DNA of 64,000 nt from NCBI GenBank assembly GCA_034520565.1, contig JAXHNL010000002.1, positions 224,001 through 288,000 of the forward strand, written 5' to 3'. A program made the position numbers and the translations under genes. This DNA is from Halodesulfurarchaeum sp. GTDB lineage: Archaea > Halobacteriota > Halobacteria > Halobacteriales > Halobacteriaceae. Shown piece by piece: positions 9,806 to 19,626 of this stretch. Within the stretch, counting starts at the first letter, position 1, and the number at the start of each line of letters is the position of its first letter. The notes beneath the pieces are model-generated. The model was not told the origin of the DNA and did no database searches. It saw only the letters and a list, made by a program, of their open reading frames with translations.

Positions 9806-10545
9806 CGGGAGCGCCGCGCTTCGATCCACGAGCCAAACTTGCCCTCACCATCGGCTTCGTCCTCGCGGCGCTCCTGACCGGATCGATTCGGGGCCAGCTG
9901 GTTCTGCTCGGGTTGTTCGTCGTTGTCGTCGCGGTCCTCGGCGACGTTTCCCTCCGTGAGTGGGCTAGTGCCCTCGCCCCGCTCTCCGTTCTCGTGCTGC
10001 TCATCCTCGTGCTCAACTCGGTCTTCTACGCGTCGGGACCGGCCTGGGTCTCGGTGCCGATCGGCCCCGTCGAGCTCTCGCTTACCCCCGGGGGCGTCGA
10101 AACGGCCGTGTTGATCGCAGTTCGGCTCGTGCTCGTTGCCGGGGCGGCAGCCTGGTTCGCCCTGGGGACCGAGACCGAGCGGTTCGAGGCGGCACTCGGC
10201 GAACTCGGGGTCCCGTGGTCCGTCGCCTTTCTCCTGTCGCTCACGGTCGGACTCGTTCCGGAACTCCGGCGACGCTTCCGCCGGATCGAGGACGCCCAGC
10301 GGAGCCGAGGCCTCGATCTTTCGGGCGGTCCGATCACCCGCACGCGGGCCCGCATTCCAATGCTCGTCCCGTTTTTCGTGGCGACGATCCGATACGGATA
10401 CGAACTCTCGACGGCCCTGACGGCTCGTGGCTTCGACGAGCCGGGCCCGCGAACCTCGATCACGACGGTCGAGCACGGGTCGGCCGATCTGGTCCTGTAT
10501 TTCCTCGCTGTCGCCGTGGTGGTCGGGGCCGTCGTGCTACTGTGA
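9802..10545 (+). CDS. ECF transporter transmembrane T component (EcfT/CbiQ)
   Basis: DPRAKL start, conserved 'AQRSRG' and 'ALTARGF' Arg motifs; start at ATG 9802. Confidence 0.9.
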   Translation: MTGAPRFDPRAKLALTIGFVLAALLTGSIRGQLVLLGLFVVVVAVLGDVSLREWASALAPLSVLVLLILVLNSVFYASGPAWVSVPIGPVELSLTPGGVETAVLIAVRLVLVAGAAAWFALGTETERFEAALGELGVPWSVAFLLSLTVGLVPELRRRFRRIEDAQRSRGLDLSGGPITRTRARIPMLVPFFVATIRYGYELSTALTARGFDEPGPRTSITTVEHGSADLVLYFLAVAVVVGAVVLL

Positions 10546-10556
10546 GTGGACCCCAG

Positions 10557-11939
10557 CTAGATGGAACGCTCGTCGACCGACGCCGCCGCGTCCCGAAATG
10601 CCGCTTCCATGACTTTCGAGAGCGTGGGGTGGGCGTGGATCGCCTCGGCAACGTCCCACACGGTTCCGTTGCCGTTCCGCATCGCGATCACGGCCTCGTG
10701 GATCAGCGTCGAGGCCTCGTGGCCGAGCACGTGAACGCCCAGAATCTCGCCGTCCGGGGCGGCGAGGACCTTCGCAAGGCCCGTCAGTCCTTTCGCTCTC
10801 CCCATCGCGGTCTCCTCGAACCGTGCCCGACCCACGACGAAGTCCACTCCTTCGCTCTCGAGGGCTTGCTGGGTCGCCCCGACGCCGCCGATCTGCGGTT
10901 CGGCAAAAATGGCATGTGGCATGGCGATGTAGTCGACCGGCTCGCGCACGTCGTGGACGATGGCGTCGATCGCGTGCCTGGTCTCAAAGTCCCCGGCGTG
11001 TTTGAACTGGAATTTGCCGGCGACGTCGCCCTGGGCCCAGACGTTCTCGACGGTCGTTTCGAGGGATTCGTTCGTCTGGATAAACCCGTGGGTGTCGGTC
11101 TCGATGGCGGTGTGCTCCAGCCCGAGGTCGTCGGTGTTGGGCCGCCGACCGACGGCGAGGAGGAGGTCTGTCCCGGAGACAGTCGTCTCTTCGCCCGCCT
11201 CGCTTTCGGCGTGGACGGCCACGCCCGACTCGGTCGGTTCGACCGCAGTTCCTCGATACCCGGTCAGGACGGTGTGGCGCTCCTCGGCAATGCCCGTGAA
11301 TTCAGTCGCGATCTCCCGGTCCTCCCGGTCGAGGAGGATCTCGCCGGAGTGCATGATCGTGACCTCGGTCCCCATCAGCTCGAAGAAGTACCCCAACTCC
11401 GCGCCGATGTAGCCCCCGCCGACAATGACGAGACTCTCGGGCTGTTCCTCGAGGGCGATGGCGTCGTCGCTCGTGAGGAAGGAGACGCCTTCAAGGCCGG
11501 CGATCGGCGGGATCACGGGCCGGCTTCCGGTCGCGATGAGGATCCGGTCGCCCCGATAGGTCTCCCCACCAGCCTCGATCGTCCGGTCGTCGACGAAGCG
11601 AGCGTGCTCTTTGACGAGTGTGAGGTGATCCTGTTCGCGAAAGCCACGCTCCATCCCCTCGGCGATGTCGGCGAGAGTCGAGTTCACCGATTGGACGATT
11701 CCCTCGTAGTCCACGTTTTCGACCGTGGCGTCGATGCCGAACTGCCCGGCAGAGTCGATAGTATCGAGAATCGTCGCCCGGTGAATGAGCATTTTCGATG
11801 GATTGCAGCCGCGATTGAGACAGGTCCCGCCGAGTGGGCCCTTCTCGACGAGGACCGTCTCCAGTCCGGCCTCCGCCGCGGCTTCGGCGACGGAGTTGCC
11901 CGTTCCGCCACCGATGACGATCACGTCGACGTCGTGCAT
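10557..11939 (-). CDS. Class I pyridine nucleotide-disulfide oxidoreductase (dihydrolipoyl dehydrogenase/mycothione reductase-like)
   Basis: VIGGGTG, GGTCLNRGCNPSK redox-active disulfide, GGGYIG, C-terminal HAHPTLS; start at 11939 (MHDVD). Confidence 0.88.
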   Translation of the reverse strand: MHDVDVIVIGGGTGNSVAEAAAEAGLETVLVEKGPLGGTCLNRGCNPSKMLIHRATILDTIDSAGQFGIDATVENVDYEGIVQSVNSTLADIAEGMERGFREQDHLTLVKEHARFVDDRTIEAGGETYRGDRILIATGSRPVIPPIAGLEGVSFLTSDDAIALEEQPESLVIVGGGYIGAELGYFFELMGTEVTIMHSGEILLDREDREIATEFTGIAEERHTVLTGYRGTAVEPTESGVAVHAESEAGEETTVSGTDLLLAVGRRPNTDDLGLEHTAIETDTHGFIQTNESLETTVENVWAQGDVAGKFQFKHAGDFETRHAIDAIVHDVREPVDYIAMPHAIFAEPQIGGVGATQQALESEGVDFVVGRARFEETAMGRAKGLTGLAKVLAAPDGEILGVHVLGHEASTLIHEAVIAMRNGNGTVWDVAEAIHAHPTLSKVMEAAFRDAAASVDERSI

Positions 11940-12222
11940 AGGGGGAGCAAGCGGGCCGGTGGTAAATAGACGGTGGGAGAAGGATGCCGCAGGAAGCGTG
12001 AGACTCGCGTCCGTTCGGGACAACCGGGGGACTCCGTCTCGATGAAGCGGAACCGGGACCATCGATTGCGATGGCCCGTCACGTCCTGGCCGAACCGGGC
12101 GCTCCCGAATCACCATCGGTGCGATAATCGGAACGGTGATCCGCTTTTGAAAAGCATCGTTCGGCTCCCAGAATATCGGCATGACCATTGTAATACATTA
12201 GCATGGGAGTGCTACGAAGCGT

Positions 12223-12450
12223 ATGGACTGCCCGCGCTGTGGCACACAGCTCACCGAAATATCAATTGAGGACGACGGGAGAGCGGTCTACTGTGAGGAG
12301 TGCAGTTTCGCCGACATCGAATCGAAACACACCCCAACTCCCGAATCCGAGGAAACGTGGGAGGATGCGTTCAGGCGGTTTTACGGGGAAAATCGGGAAG
12401 AACCCATCAAGGAGCCTGGACAAGCCCAATCCCAGTCGACGGAGAACTAG
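12223..12450 (+). CDS. Small CPxCG-type zinc-finger protein
   Basis: CPRCG and CEECS knuckles in a 75-aa acidic ORF, with an AT-rich promoter-like segment upstream. Confidence 0.75.
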   Translation: MDCPRCGTQLTEISIEDDGRAVYCEECSFADIESKHTPTPESEETWEDAFRRFYGENREEPIKEPGQAQSQSTEN

Positions 12451-12510
12451 CGCAAAACGGACCTAGAGTACCGGAGTGTCCCCATCAGTCGTCGGAGTCC
12501 GAAACGTCAG

Positions 12511-13545
12511 TTACTCCTCCGTTTCGGGCTCTTCGTCCGCTACTGGTTCTTCGGTTTCCGCTTCAGCAGTTTCCTCCTCGGACCTCGCAGCCACGAGTGC
12601 GCCCCGTGCGACGCTATACATCGGATCACTAACATTTCGGACATCGCTGATAGAGAACGGGAACTCGGCATTTTCGATGTGGTCAGCGAACAGTTCTTTG
12701 AAGCCTTCCGGGCTCGACGTTCCCCCGGTGACCACGACGGGGATGTCCAGCCCCTCTTCGACGTCCTCTTCGTCGACTTCCCTGCTAATGTTCTCGATGA
12801 CGTAATCGAGGAGGTTCTCATAATAGATGGACAGTGCTCCTTCGACGCCACCGACATCCGTCGTGAAATCCAGCGTGAAGTCGTCTTCCTTGATGGACGT
12901 GACCTTGTCCACCGGTTTGCCCGTCGCCTGGGCACTCTGTTTGTCAATCCAATCTCCACCTCGTGCAATAGAGAACTTCATGACGGGGACCGCATAGTAC
13001 GCGAGACATACGTTCGTCATTCCCGCACCGAACGAAATTCCAAGTCCGGTGAAATTATTGTCCGCGAGTTCGCTATAAATGACCGCCATCCCTTCGTTTA
13101 TCGGTTCGGGGTCATAGCCGAGGTTCGACAACATCGACTCCATCGTCTTCTGGTGGTACAGCGTCGTAAGTTCGGAGTCGATTGGATCCGCCGGGGAGGC
13201 GAAGAAAATCTTCTCATTCGGGGCCGGGTCCCCAACAACCTGTTCGGTGATCAGTTTGATCATCGGGATGGCCGAGGCCTCCTCGCTCGAGAGAATCCCG
13301 TGTTCCATCGGCCGCCTCGTTTCTTTGTTGAATATATTCGCGAAATTGAGCGCGTCGTCGCCGACGACGTATACTTTGTCGTCCTTCCGGATGTGGAGGA
13401 CTTCGCTCCTCGAGAGCATCTGCTCGGCCATATCGCTGTACTCGATTTCGACGAACGAGTTGCGCTGCTGTACGAATTTCGTCCTGCCATTCTGGGGCGT
13501 GGAGGAGATAATGTTCATCGTGCCGACGTCAAGACCCTTTGCCAT
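12511..13545 (-). CDS. volA: Actin-fold protein, volactin-type (cell-shape actin homologue)
   Basis: Phosphate-1 GLDVGT, connect EGMA, phosphate-2 SFGAGMT, adenosine VTGGTS; matches my recollection of haloarchaeal volactin. Confidence 0.75.
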   Translation of the reverse strand: MAKGLDVGTMNIISSTPQNGRTKFVQQRNSFVEIEYSDMAEQMLSRSEVLHIRKDDKVYVVGDDALNFANIFNKETRRPMEHGILSSEEASAIPMIKLITEQVVGDPAPNEKIFFASPADPIDSELTTLYHQKTMESMLSNLGYDPEPINEGMAVIYSELADNNFTGLGISFGAGMTNVCLAYYAVPVMKFSIARGGDWIDKQSAQATGKPVDKVTSIKEDDFTLDFTTDVGGVEGALSIYYENLLDYVIENISREVDEEDVEEGLDIPVVVTGGTSSPEGFKELFADHIENAEFPFSISDVRNVSDPMYSVARGALVAARSEEETAEAETEEPVADEEPETEE

Positions 13546-13727
13546 AGGGGCTACTTCTCAGCAAGATGTTAAAAATCTTCACACGTTTTTGCGGATGCAA
13601 AATGGATTATTTCGAGAGGACTTGCATATTGGTTGCACGGATGAACGAGGTCATATTTTACTTCGAGCGATTCCAAGAACGTGAATGGGGGCGAAGTTAT
13701 TTGAGTTTTGTCGCGGACTGTATAGAT

Positions 13728-14615
13728 ATGAGCCAAGAAAGGGACGAATCGTTTTTCGAGGATTTATATCGGGAATATATCGGTCCCGTATCAGAAAGCC
13801 AATCTGTTTTCGCGGGGTTCGGACTCTTCTTTACTGGAGTCGGATTAGTCGTCGTCTCGATTCTCGCGTTCCTCTGGAGTACCGCGATTCCACAGGGTGA
13901 AGTATTCAAATATGTACTCCGAGAACTCGCTGTGGCCACCGGTGCTTCCGGAATTCCAATCGCATTGCTCGGGGTCACGGTTTTGCTTCCCGTCTCCCGT
14001 CGAATCGCCGCGATCGGTGTCGTCGGGGTGACGACGACACTCATTGCGACAGTTCGATTTATCCAGGTGTACCCGCAAGCGTGGTATTCCAATAGTTCCC
14101 TCACGGTCGGCCTCTATGCGCTGGGCGGAGTTGTCGTGATAGCAACAACAGGAACGGCACTGTCGAGTTATCAGGCCGAACGGAGAGGCCAACGGATCGC
14201 TCAACGCCACCTCGACCGAGCGGAGCAGGCACCGACAGCGACCGATACAACAGTCACGAGAGAAGCGGTTGAGCGGGACATTGAGGAAGCGATGGAGGGG
14301 GTCGAGTTGAGTTGGGGCGGAGTGAAACGTGACGTGAACCGCGACCTCACGTTGCGGGAAACGGAACTAGATGGGGAATTGAGGGAAAATATGCGAAACG
14401 CCGGGATCAAGGAAACCGAAGGTGGTGGTGTAGACAGTGCGGTAAAAGGGCTCAAAAACCTCCGCGGCGGCGAAAAGAAGACAGCAAGCGGGTCGGGAAC
14501 GTCCGCTCAAACGAGCGCTTTGGCGGAGTTGCGGGCCACCCAAAAGCAGGAACCGGTCCGTGAGACGGGGCTTCTGGCCAGATTCGTCGCCTGGCTTCGG
14601 TCAATCGTCCGGTAA
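13728..14615 (+). CDS. Membrane protein with four N-terminal TM helices and a cytoplasmic C-terminal region
   Basis: Hydrophobic segments, LYREYIGP N-terminus, WGGV motif, amphipathic end LLARFVAWLRSIVR; divergent from the actin gene. Confidence 0.75.
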   Translation: MSQERDESFFEDLYREYIGPVSESQSVFAGFGLFFTGVGLVVVSILAFLWSTAIPQGEVFKYVLRELAVATGASGIPIALLGVTVLLPVSRRIAAIGVVGVTTTLIATVRFIQVYPQAWYSNSSLTVGLYALGGVVVIATTGTALSSYQAERRGQRIAQRHLDRAEQAPTATDTTVTREAVERDIEEAMEGVELSWGGVKRDVNRDLTLRETELDGELRENMRNAGIKETEGGGVDSAVKGLKNLRGGEKKTASGSGTSAQTSALAELRATQKQEPVRETGLLARFVAWLRSIVR

Positions 14616-14881
14616 CGGCCGGTCTCGGACTGGCAATCCGACTCGGAAGAATTCAAACCCGTCCGGACTACATTTTCTCCCGGTTGTCGGGGGAAGAGCC
14701 GTCCCACGTCCGGGCCATGGTTTGAACGCGCCCAAACGATAGATCACTGTGTCTGCGGTGGACCTCGTCAGCTCGAATCTTCTCGGAGTTTCGGCGACGC
14801 GAACCGTTCTGTCGCTCCCGGTGTCGCACAGCAGAAACGTTCTGACGGAGTTCCACGCGGGCGGACGCGAGCGTGGAGCAA

Positions 14882-15024
14882 GTCAGGACCCACGAGTGAG
14901 CAAAGCGATCGAATTGAGCGTCCTGGCGGAGTCCCCGGGAGCGGAGCGACCGGGGGCACGTCAGGACGTCATTCGACTCGCGACGAGCGACGGCGTCGCT
15001 CGTCGCGTGAGCGTGGAAGAATGA
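14882..15024. repeat. tRNA-Arg-associated nested palindromic element
   Basis: 16-bp inverted copy of the tRNA 3' end plus trailer (14959-14974 vs 15019-15034), 13-bp perfect hairpin 14979-15007, direct copy 14919-14931, inverted copy 14882-14889. Confidence 0.8.
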
Positions 15025-15097
15025 CGTCCTGACGGAGATTTGAACTCCGGTCCCTGGCTCCGCAAGCCAGGAGGATGGTCCACTACCCTACCAGGAC
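15025..15097 (-). tRNA. tRNA-Arg(GCG)
   Basis: Cloverleaf GTCCTGG...TCAGGAC-G; anticodon arm CTGGC-TTGCGGA-GCCAG; T loop TTCAAAT. Confidence 0.95.
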
Positions 15098-15193
15098 TCA
15101 CCCTCACTTTGCCCCACGCCGGTATATCCGTTACGGACCTGAGTTCCGACCCAAACGCTGGAATAGCCACCGGCCCTATCCCGGTCATCGACA

Positions 15194-15793
15194 ATGCCTG
15201 TCGACACGCGCGAGGACCCGACTGACGCACACCGCCACCTCCGGGCCGACGACCAGCTGGCAGCCCTCATCGACCGCCACGGCTATCTCGTCCTCCAGCC
15301 CGCTCCGGACCCGTTCCGCCGGCTCGTGAAAGCGATCGCCAGACAGCAGGTCTCGATGGCCTCGGCTGCGGCCACGTGGGAGCGGCTGACCGACGCCTTC
15401 GAGGTCACCCCGGCAGAAATAAAATCCACGGATCCGGCCGCGCTTCAGGACGTCGGGCTCTCGACTGCCAAAAGCGAGTACGTGAAAGCCGCCGCAGAAG
15501 CGTTCGCGGAGCGTGGCTGGTCCCGTGAGGCATTCGAGAACCTGTCCGACGAGGCCGTCATCGAGGAGGTGACCGAAGTCCGGGGGATCGGGCCGTGGAC
15601 CGCGAAGATGTTCCTCCAGTTCGGACTGGGACGCGAGGACGTCTTCCCGGTCGAGGACCTGGGCATTCGCAAGGCTATGCAGAGTCAGTACGGGATCGAG
15701 AGCCGCGGAGAAATGCGCGAGCGTGCCGCCGAATGGGCCCCCTATCGATCGATCGGATCGCTGTACCTCTGGCGAGTGGGCGACGGCACGTGA
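15194..15793 (+). CDS. alkA: DNA-3-methyladenine glycosylase (AlkA, HhH-GPD family)
   Basis: IARQQVS, HhH motif VRGIGPWTA, FPVEDLG, WAPYRS. Confidence 0.9.
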   Translation: MPVDTREDPTDAHRHLRADDQLAALIDRHGYLVLQPAPDPFRRLVKAIARQQVSMASAAATWERLTDAFEVTPAEIKSTDPAALQDVGLSTAKSEYVKAAAEAFAERGWSREAFENLSDEAVIEEVTEVRGIGPWTAKMFLQFGLGREDVFPVEDLGIRKAMQSQYGIESRGEMRERAAEWAPYRSIGSLYLWRVGDGT

Positions 15794-15836
15794 TAAAATG
15801 GGAACGTTTAGACCGCACTGAATCGTGGTGACGGAC

Positions 15837-16238
15837 ATGAGACGTCCGCGTTTCCGTGCGGCCGACGTGGCCCAGCAAGTGGTTGGGGGGCTGTTGTTGG
15901 CTGGCCCGTTCGTCGTCACGGAGGAGGTCTGGGTGCTCGCGGATCAGATGAGCCTTCTGCACACCCTGGTCGCCATAATTGCGGTCGTCGTGGTCGGCTA
16001 CAGCACGCTCTATAAGGCCGACAAGGACCGAGACGTGGAACGCGAGCGAAATTTTCTGGGGATTCCGCTCCGGTTCGTTTCCGTCCTTCTCGTTGCCGTC
16101 GGATCGGTGACGCTTTTGACGTTCGTCCTGGCCGCCCCGCAGACCTTCGGTGCGGATTCGATGACCACCCTCACCGCGATCAGCATCGGGTCGATCTTCT
16201 CGGTGATCGGCGCGGCGGCAGCGGACTCGCTCCTCTGA
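15837..16238 (+). CDS. DUF2391-like small membrane protein
   Basis: QQVVGGLLLAGPFVVTEEVW motif; 4 TM segments. Confidence 0.75.
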   Translation: MRRPRFRAADVAQQVVGGLLLAGPFVVTEEVWVLADQMSLLHTLVAIIAVVVVGYSTLYKADKDRDVERERNFLGIPLRFVSVLLVAVGSVTLLTFVLAAPQTFGADSMTTLTAISIGSIFSVIGAAAADSLL

Positions 16239-16288
16239 GCGGGTCGAAGAAAAGGTTCAAGACCGAACGCGCGGCCTAGTTCAACTCA

Positions 16289-17767
16289 ATGGGCGATATC
16301 GAGACGATCTACGAGGATCTCGACACGGAGGAGGTCTCACTCGAGGAATTCCGCGAGGCAGTCGTTTCCAAGGTCGAGCAGATGGGCGGGCTCGCCGACG
16401 AGGAGACGGCGGCGATGTTGCTCGCCCACGAACTCGACGACGGACAGGTAGAGGGAGTCGCCGACGTGGAACCGGGCATGGAGGAAGTCGCCATCACCGC
16501 AAAGGTCCTCAGCGTCGGGGAGTTACGGACCTTCGAGCGTGACGACCCCGACCAACCCGACGGACAGGTACTCAACGCCGACGTGGCCGACGAGACCGGC
16601 CGGCTCCGGGTCTCCTTCTGGGACGAAATGGCCAGTTCGGCCGACTCGGAACTCGAGGAGGGACAGGTACTAAACCTGAAGGGGCGGCCCAAGGAGGGCT
16701 ACGACGGCGTCGAGCTGTCCGTCGATCGGGTCGAACCCGATCCGGACACCGAGATCGAGGTCGACCTCACTGACGAGTACCGCGTGGCCGACCTGGGCCT
16801 CGGAGCCTCGGACGTGAATCTTATCGGGGAGGTGCTTGCCACCGAACCGGTTCGGACCTTCGACCGGGACGACGGCAGCGAAGGCAAGGTTTCGAACCTC
16901 CTCGTCGGGGACGAGACGGGCCGGGTCCGGGTCACCCTCTGGGACGAGCAGGCCGACCGGACCGAGGACTTCACGGCTCACGACACCGTCGAGGTCATCG
17001 ACGGCTACGTCCGCGAACGGGACGGCTCGCTCGAACTCCATCTGGGGGACCGGGGAGCGATCGGGGAGAGCGACGCCGAGGTGGGCTACGTTCCGGACGC
17101 CACGCCGATCGAAGCCGTCGAACTCGACGAGACGGTCGACATCGCTGGAGTCGTCCGCTCCGCGGACCCGAAGCGGACCTTCGACCGGGACGACGGCACC
17201 GAGGGGCAGGTCCGGAACGTCCGCGTGCAGGACGAGACTGACGACATCCGGGTCGCGCTCTGGGGCGAGAAAGCTGACCTCGAACTCGGACCGGGAGACG
17301 AGGTCCTCTTCGTCGACGTCGCCATTCAGGACGGGTGGCAAGACGACCTCGAGGCCTCTGCAAACTGGCAGACGACCGTCGTCCCGCTCGAGGACGGTAT
17401 CGACACCGACCTCGATTCTGGGGAAGACGTGTCAGATACTGGGCTCTCGGCCTTTGGCGACGTTGATGGCGATTCCGCCGGCGCGGAGTCGACGTCTGCG
17501 ACCGGCCTGGAAGATGGACCGACGAGCGAGCCAAGTCCCGGGCCGGAAGCGGTCGATCCGAAATCGGAAACTGCGGACCCGGAATCCGTCGAGTTCACGG
17601 GCGTCGTCGTCCAGGCCGGGAACCCGATCATCCTCGACGACGGCGAACAGACGGTAACGATTCAGTCCGATCTCGACGTCGAACTCGGGGAGGAACTCAC
17701 AGTGGCCGGCCAACTCACAGAGGGTATTCTCGATCCCGAACGGGTCGAAACTGACGGAAAGGATTAA
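16289..17767 (+). CDS. rpa: Replication protein A (multi-OB-fold ssDNA-binding protein)
   Basis: Three repeats of RTFxRDDG..GxV..DETGxxRVxxW; N-terminal MGGLADEETAAML; adjacent to histone and cca. Confidence 0.92.
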   Translation: MGDIETIYEDLDTEEVSLEEFREAVVSKVEQMGGLADEETAAMLLAHELDDGQVEGVADVEPGMEEVAITAKVLSVGELRTFERDDPDQPDGQVLNADVADETGRLRVSFWDEMASSADSELEEGQVLNLKGRPKEGYDGVELSVDRVEPDPDTEIEVDLTDEYRVADLGLGASDVNLIGEVLATEPVRTFDRDDGSEGKVSNLLVGDETGRVRVTLWDEQADRTEDFTAHDTVEVIDGYVRERDGSLELHLGDRGAIGESDAEVGYVPDATPIEAVELDETVDIAGVVRSADPKRTFDRDDGTEGQVRNVRVQDETDDIRVALWGEKADLELGPGDEVLFVDVAIQDGWQDDLEASANWQTTVVPLEDGIDTDLDSGEDVSDTGLSAFGDVDGDSAGAESTSATGLEDGPTSEPSPGPEAVDPKSETADPESVEFTGVVVQAGNPIILDDGEQTVTIQSDLDVELGEELTVAGQLTEGILDPERVETDGKD

Positions 17768-17793
17768 GCCGGTCACCGCCGGGGTTTGGGGAT

Positions 17794-18225
17794 ATGCGAG
17801 TCGAGCTTCCGTTTTCTCCCGTCGATTCGATCATCCGGGAACAGACGGGGGACCTCCGGGTCAGCGCGGACGCCGCAGGGGCACTGGCCCGCCAGATCCA
17901 GAACGACGGCGCCGAGATTGCCGGAAAAGCGGCCCAGCACACCGAAGCAGCCGGTCGCAAAACCATCATGGTCGAGGACTTCGGGGCCGTCGAGGTCCCG
18001 ACGCGTGATTCGCTGACGCTTCCGGTCGCGCCGATCGACCGGATCGCCCGGCTCGACGTCGACGACCGGTTCCGGGTGGCCGAAGACGCCCGACTGGCGC
18101 TGGCCAAACTCCTCGAGGACCGGGCGGCCGAGATCGCCGCCGGCGCGCGAGACCTCGCGGAACACGCCGGCCGGCGGACGATTCAGGCCGAGGACATCGA
18201 ACTATTCGTCGATCTCTGTTCGTAA
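17794..18225 (+). CDS. hstA: Haloarchaeal tandem (double) histone-fold protein
   Basis: Two histone folds: ELPFSPV..RVS..GRKTIMVEDF and LPVAPI..RVA..AGRRTIQAEDI. Confidence 0.92.
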   Translation: MRVELPFSPVDSIIREQTGDLRVSADAAGALARQIQNDGAEIAGKAAQHTEAAGRKTIMVEDFGAVEVPTRDSLTLPVAPIDRIARLDVDDRFRVAEDARLALAKLLEDRAAEIAAGARDLAEHAGRRTIQAEDIELFVDLCS

Positions 18226-19581
18226 CCGGGGACTCGGGTCGAAGTACGCGGCGAGTTCCCGACCGAAGTCCGCCGCCAGTTCCGCCACGTCAGCGCCGGC
18301 GAGGACGGTGTATCCAGCCTCCAGCGCGGGCTCGATTTGGGCCCCGAGGGCCACGTCGAGGAGTCGGTTTTCGACGAAGTTCTCGGCACTCGTCGTCTCC
18401 CGCTCTCGCTCGACGACGTACCGGTCCGCCTCGATGAACGGACCGGTCGCCGATCCGTCGGCGTAGGTCTCGTAGAACCGCCTGGCGTGCTCGGCAGCGT
18501 AAACAGGGGGACCCTCGTGACGCTCGATCGCCGGGAGCTCCGCGACGGCCAGTTCGACGAACAGGGCCGCATCGTCGCGAGCCCACGTCGCACTCCGGAG
18601 CACCTCGAAGTCCGCGTTTTCCAGACCGCGGACCAGTCCCGTGAGCGAACGTCTGAGCTGGGGATAGAGTTGGTCGTCGACCAGATCGGGCGGGTCGAAG
18701 ACGACGGCGATTGGAGTGGTTTCCCGCTCGGTGACTGCCGTCCGAACCGCTTCCCTGTCCATCGATTCGGGTTCCAGCGGGAAGAAGTAGTCCAGCTCCG
18801 GGGTGGCGAGGAACTGACGGGCGAAGTGGACGAGCCGGGCGACGTTTTCGGCGGCGACGACCGCGGCGACGTTCCGCTCGGGATCGGTCGGGTCGACGAC
18901 GACGAGTGGATCCTCGAAGCTGACTGTCCCGTGGTCGGCCGGGTCGAGATGGACCGGCGGGTGCCAGTCCTGGGCCGCCGCCAGCGTCTCCCGGAAGCCA
19001 CCGTATTCGAGGACGAGGAGTTCGGCGATGTAACCCGAGTAGCCCCGCGTCCGGAGATCGCTGCCGTAGGCACCGACACCCTTGAGGAACTGCTTGAAGC
19101 GTCTCACTTCGGCGGCCACCGAATCGTCGAGTCGTTCGACGAGGTAGGCATTGTGAAACGGGGTTCGGTCGACGGCCGATTGGATCTCCGTGGCGGCGTC
19201 GACGTCATAGCAGGGAACGAGATCGACGGCAAACCCGTCGAACTCGCCAGTCACGTAGGGGTGCTCGGCGTACTCCAGATGGCCTTCGGGGAGTACGGCC
19301 CGCCCCACCTGCAGGCCGTAGCGTTCGAGGTCCTCGCGGGGGAGGTCCGGATCGAACTGGACGAACACGTCGATGTCTCGATCACCGCTCACCCAGGTCC
19401 CCCGGGCGGTCGAGCCCACGTGAAGAGGGGTGGCGTCGACCTCGAGATCGGCGATCGCGGATTCCGTCCGCTGGAGAAGTGACTCGACTGCTGCTTCGAG
19501 GGCGGCTCGCTCCGCCGGATCCGGGTCCACCCGCTCGCCGACGCGTTCGAGCACCGCTTCGTACCCGCTCCCGGTCGTCAT
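18202..19581 (-). CDS. cca: CCA tRNA nucleotidyltransferase (class I)
   Basis: VGSTARGTW..DIDVF, YAEHPY, SAVDRTPFH, DPTDPERNVAA. Confidence 0.95.
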   Translation of the reverse strand: MTTGSGYEAVLERVGERVDPDPAERAALEAAVESLLQRTESAIADLEVDATPLHVGSTARGTWVSGDRDIDVFVQFDPDLPREDLERYGLQVGRAVLPEGHLEYAEHPYVTGEFDGFAVDLVPCYDVDAATEIQSAVDRTPFHNAYLVERLDDSVAAEVRRFKQFLKGVGAYGSDLRTRGYSGYIAELLVLEYGGFRETLAAAQDWHPPVHLDPADHGTVSFEDPLVVVDPTDPERNVAAVVAAENVARLVHFARQFLATPELDYFFPLEPESMDREAVRTAVTERETTPIAVVFDPPDLVDDQLYPQLRRSLTGLVRGLENADFEVLRSATWARDDAALFVELAVAELPAIERHEGPPVYAAEHARRFYETYADGSATGPFIEADRYVVERERETTSAENFVENRLLDVALGAQIEPALEAGYTVLAGADVAELAADFGRELAAYFDPSPRLRTEIDE

Positions 19582-19626
19582 ACGGAGCCATTATCGGGGA
19601 TAGCCCGAAAGCATATCGATGGAGGT

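Noticed and set aside
10557-11939. Mercuric reductase MerA call
   Set aside because: No C-terminal Cys-Cys pair, no metal-binding N-domain and no mer genes nearby
14882-15037. Possible mini-CRISPR array in the tRNA trailers
   Set aside because: Units alternate in orientation, derive from the tRNA, the spacers are palindromic, and no cas genes are present
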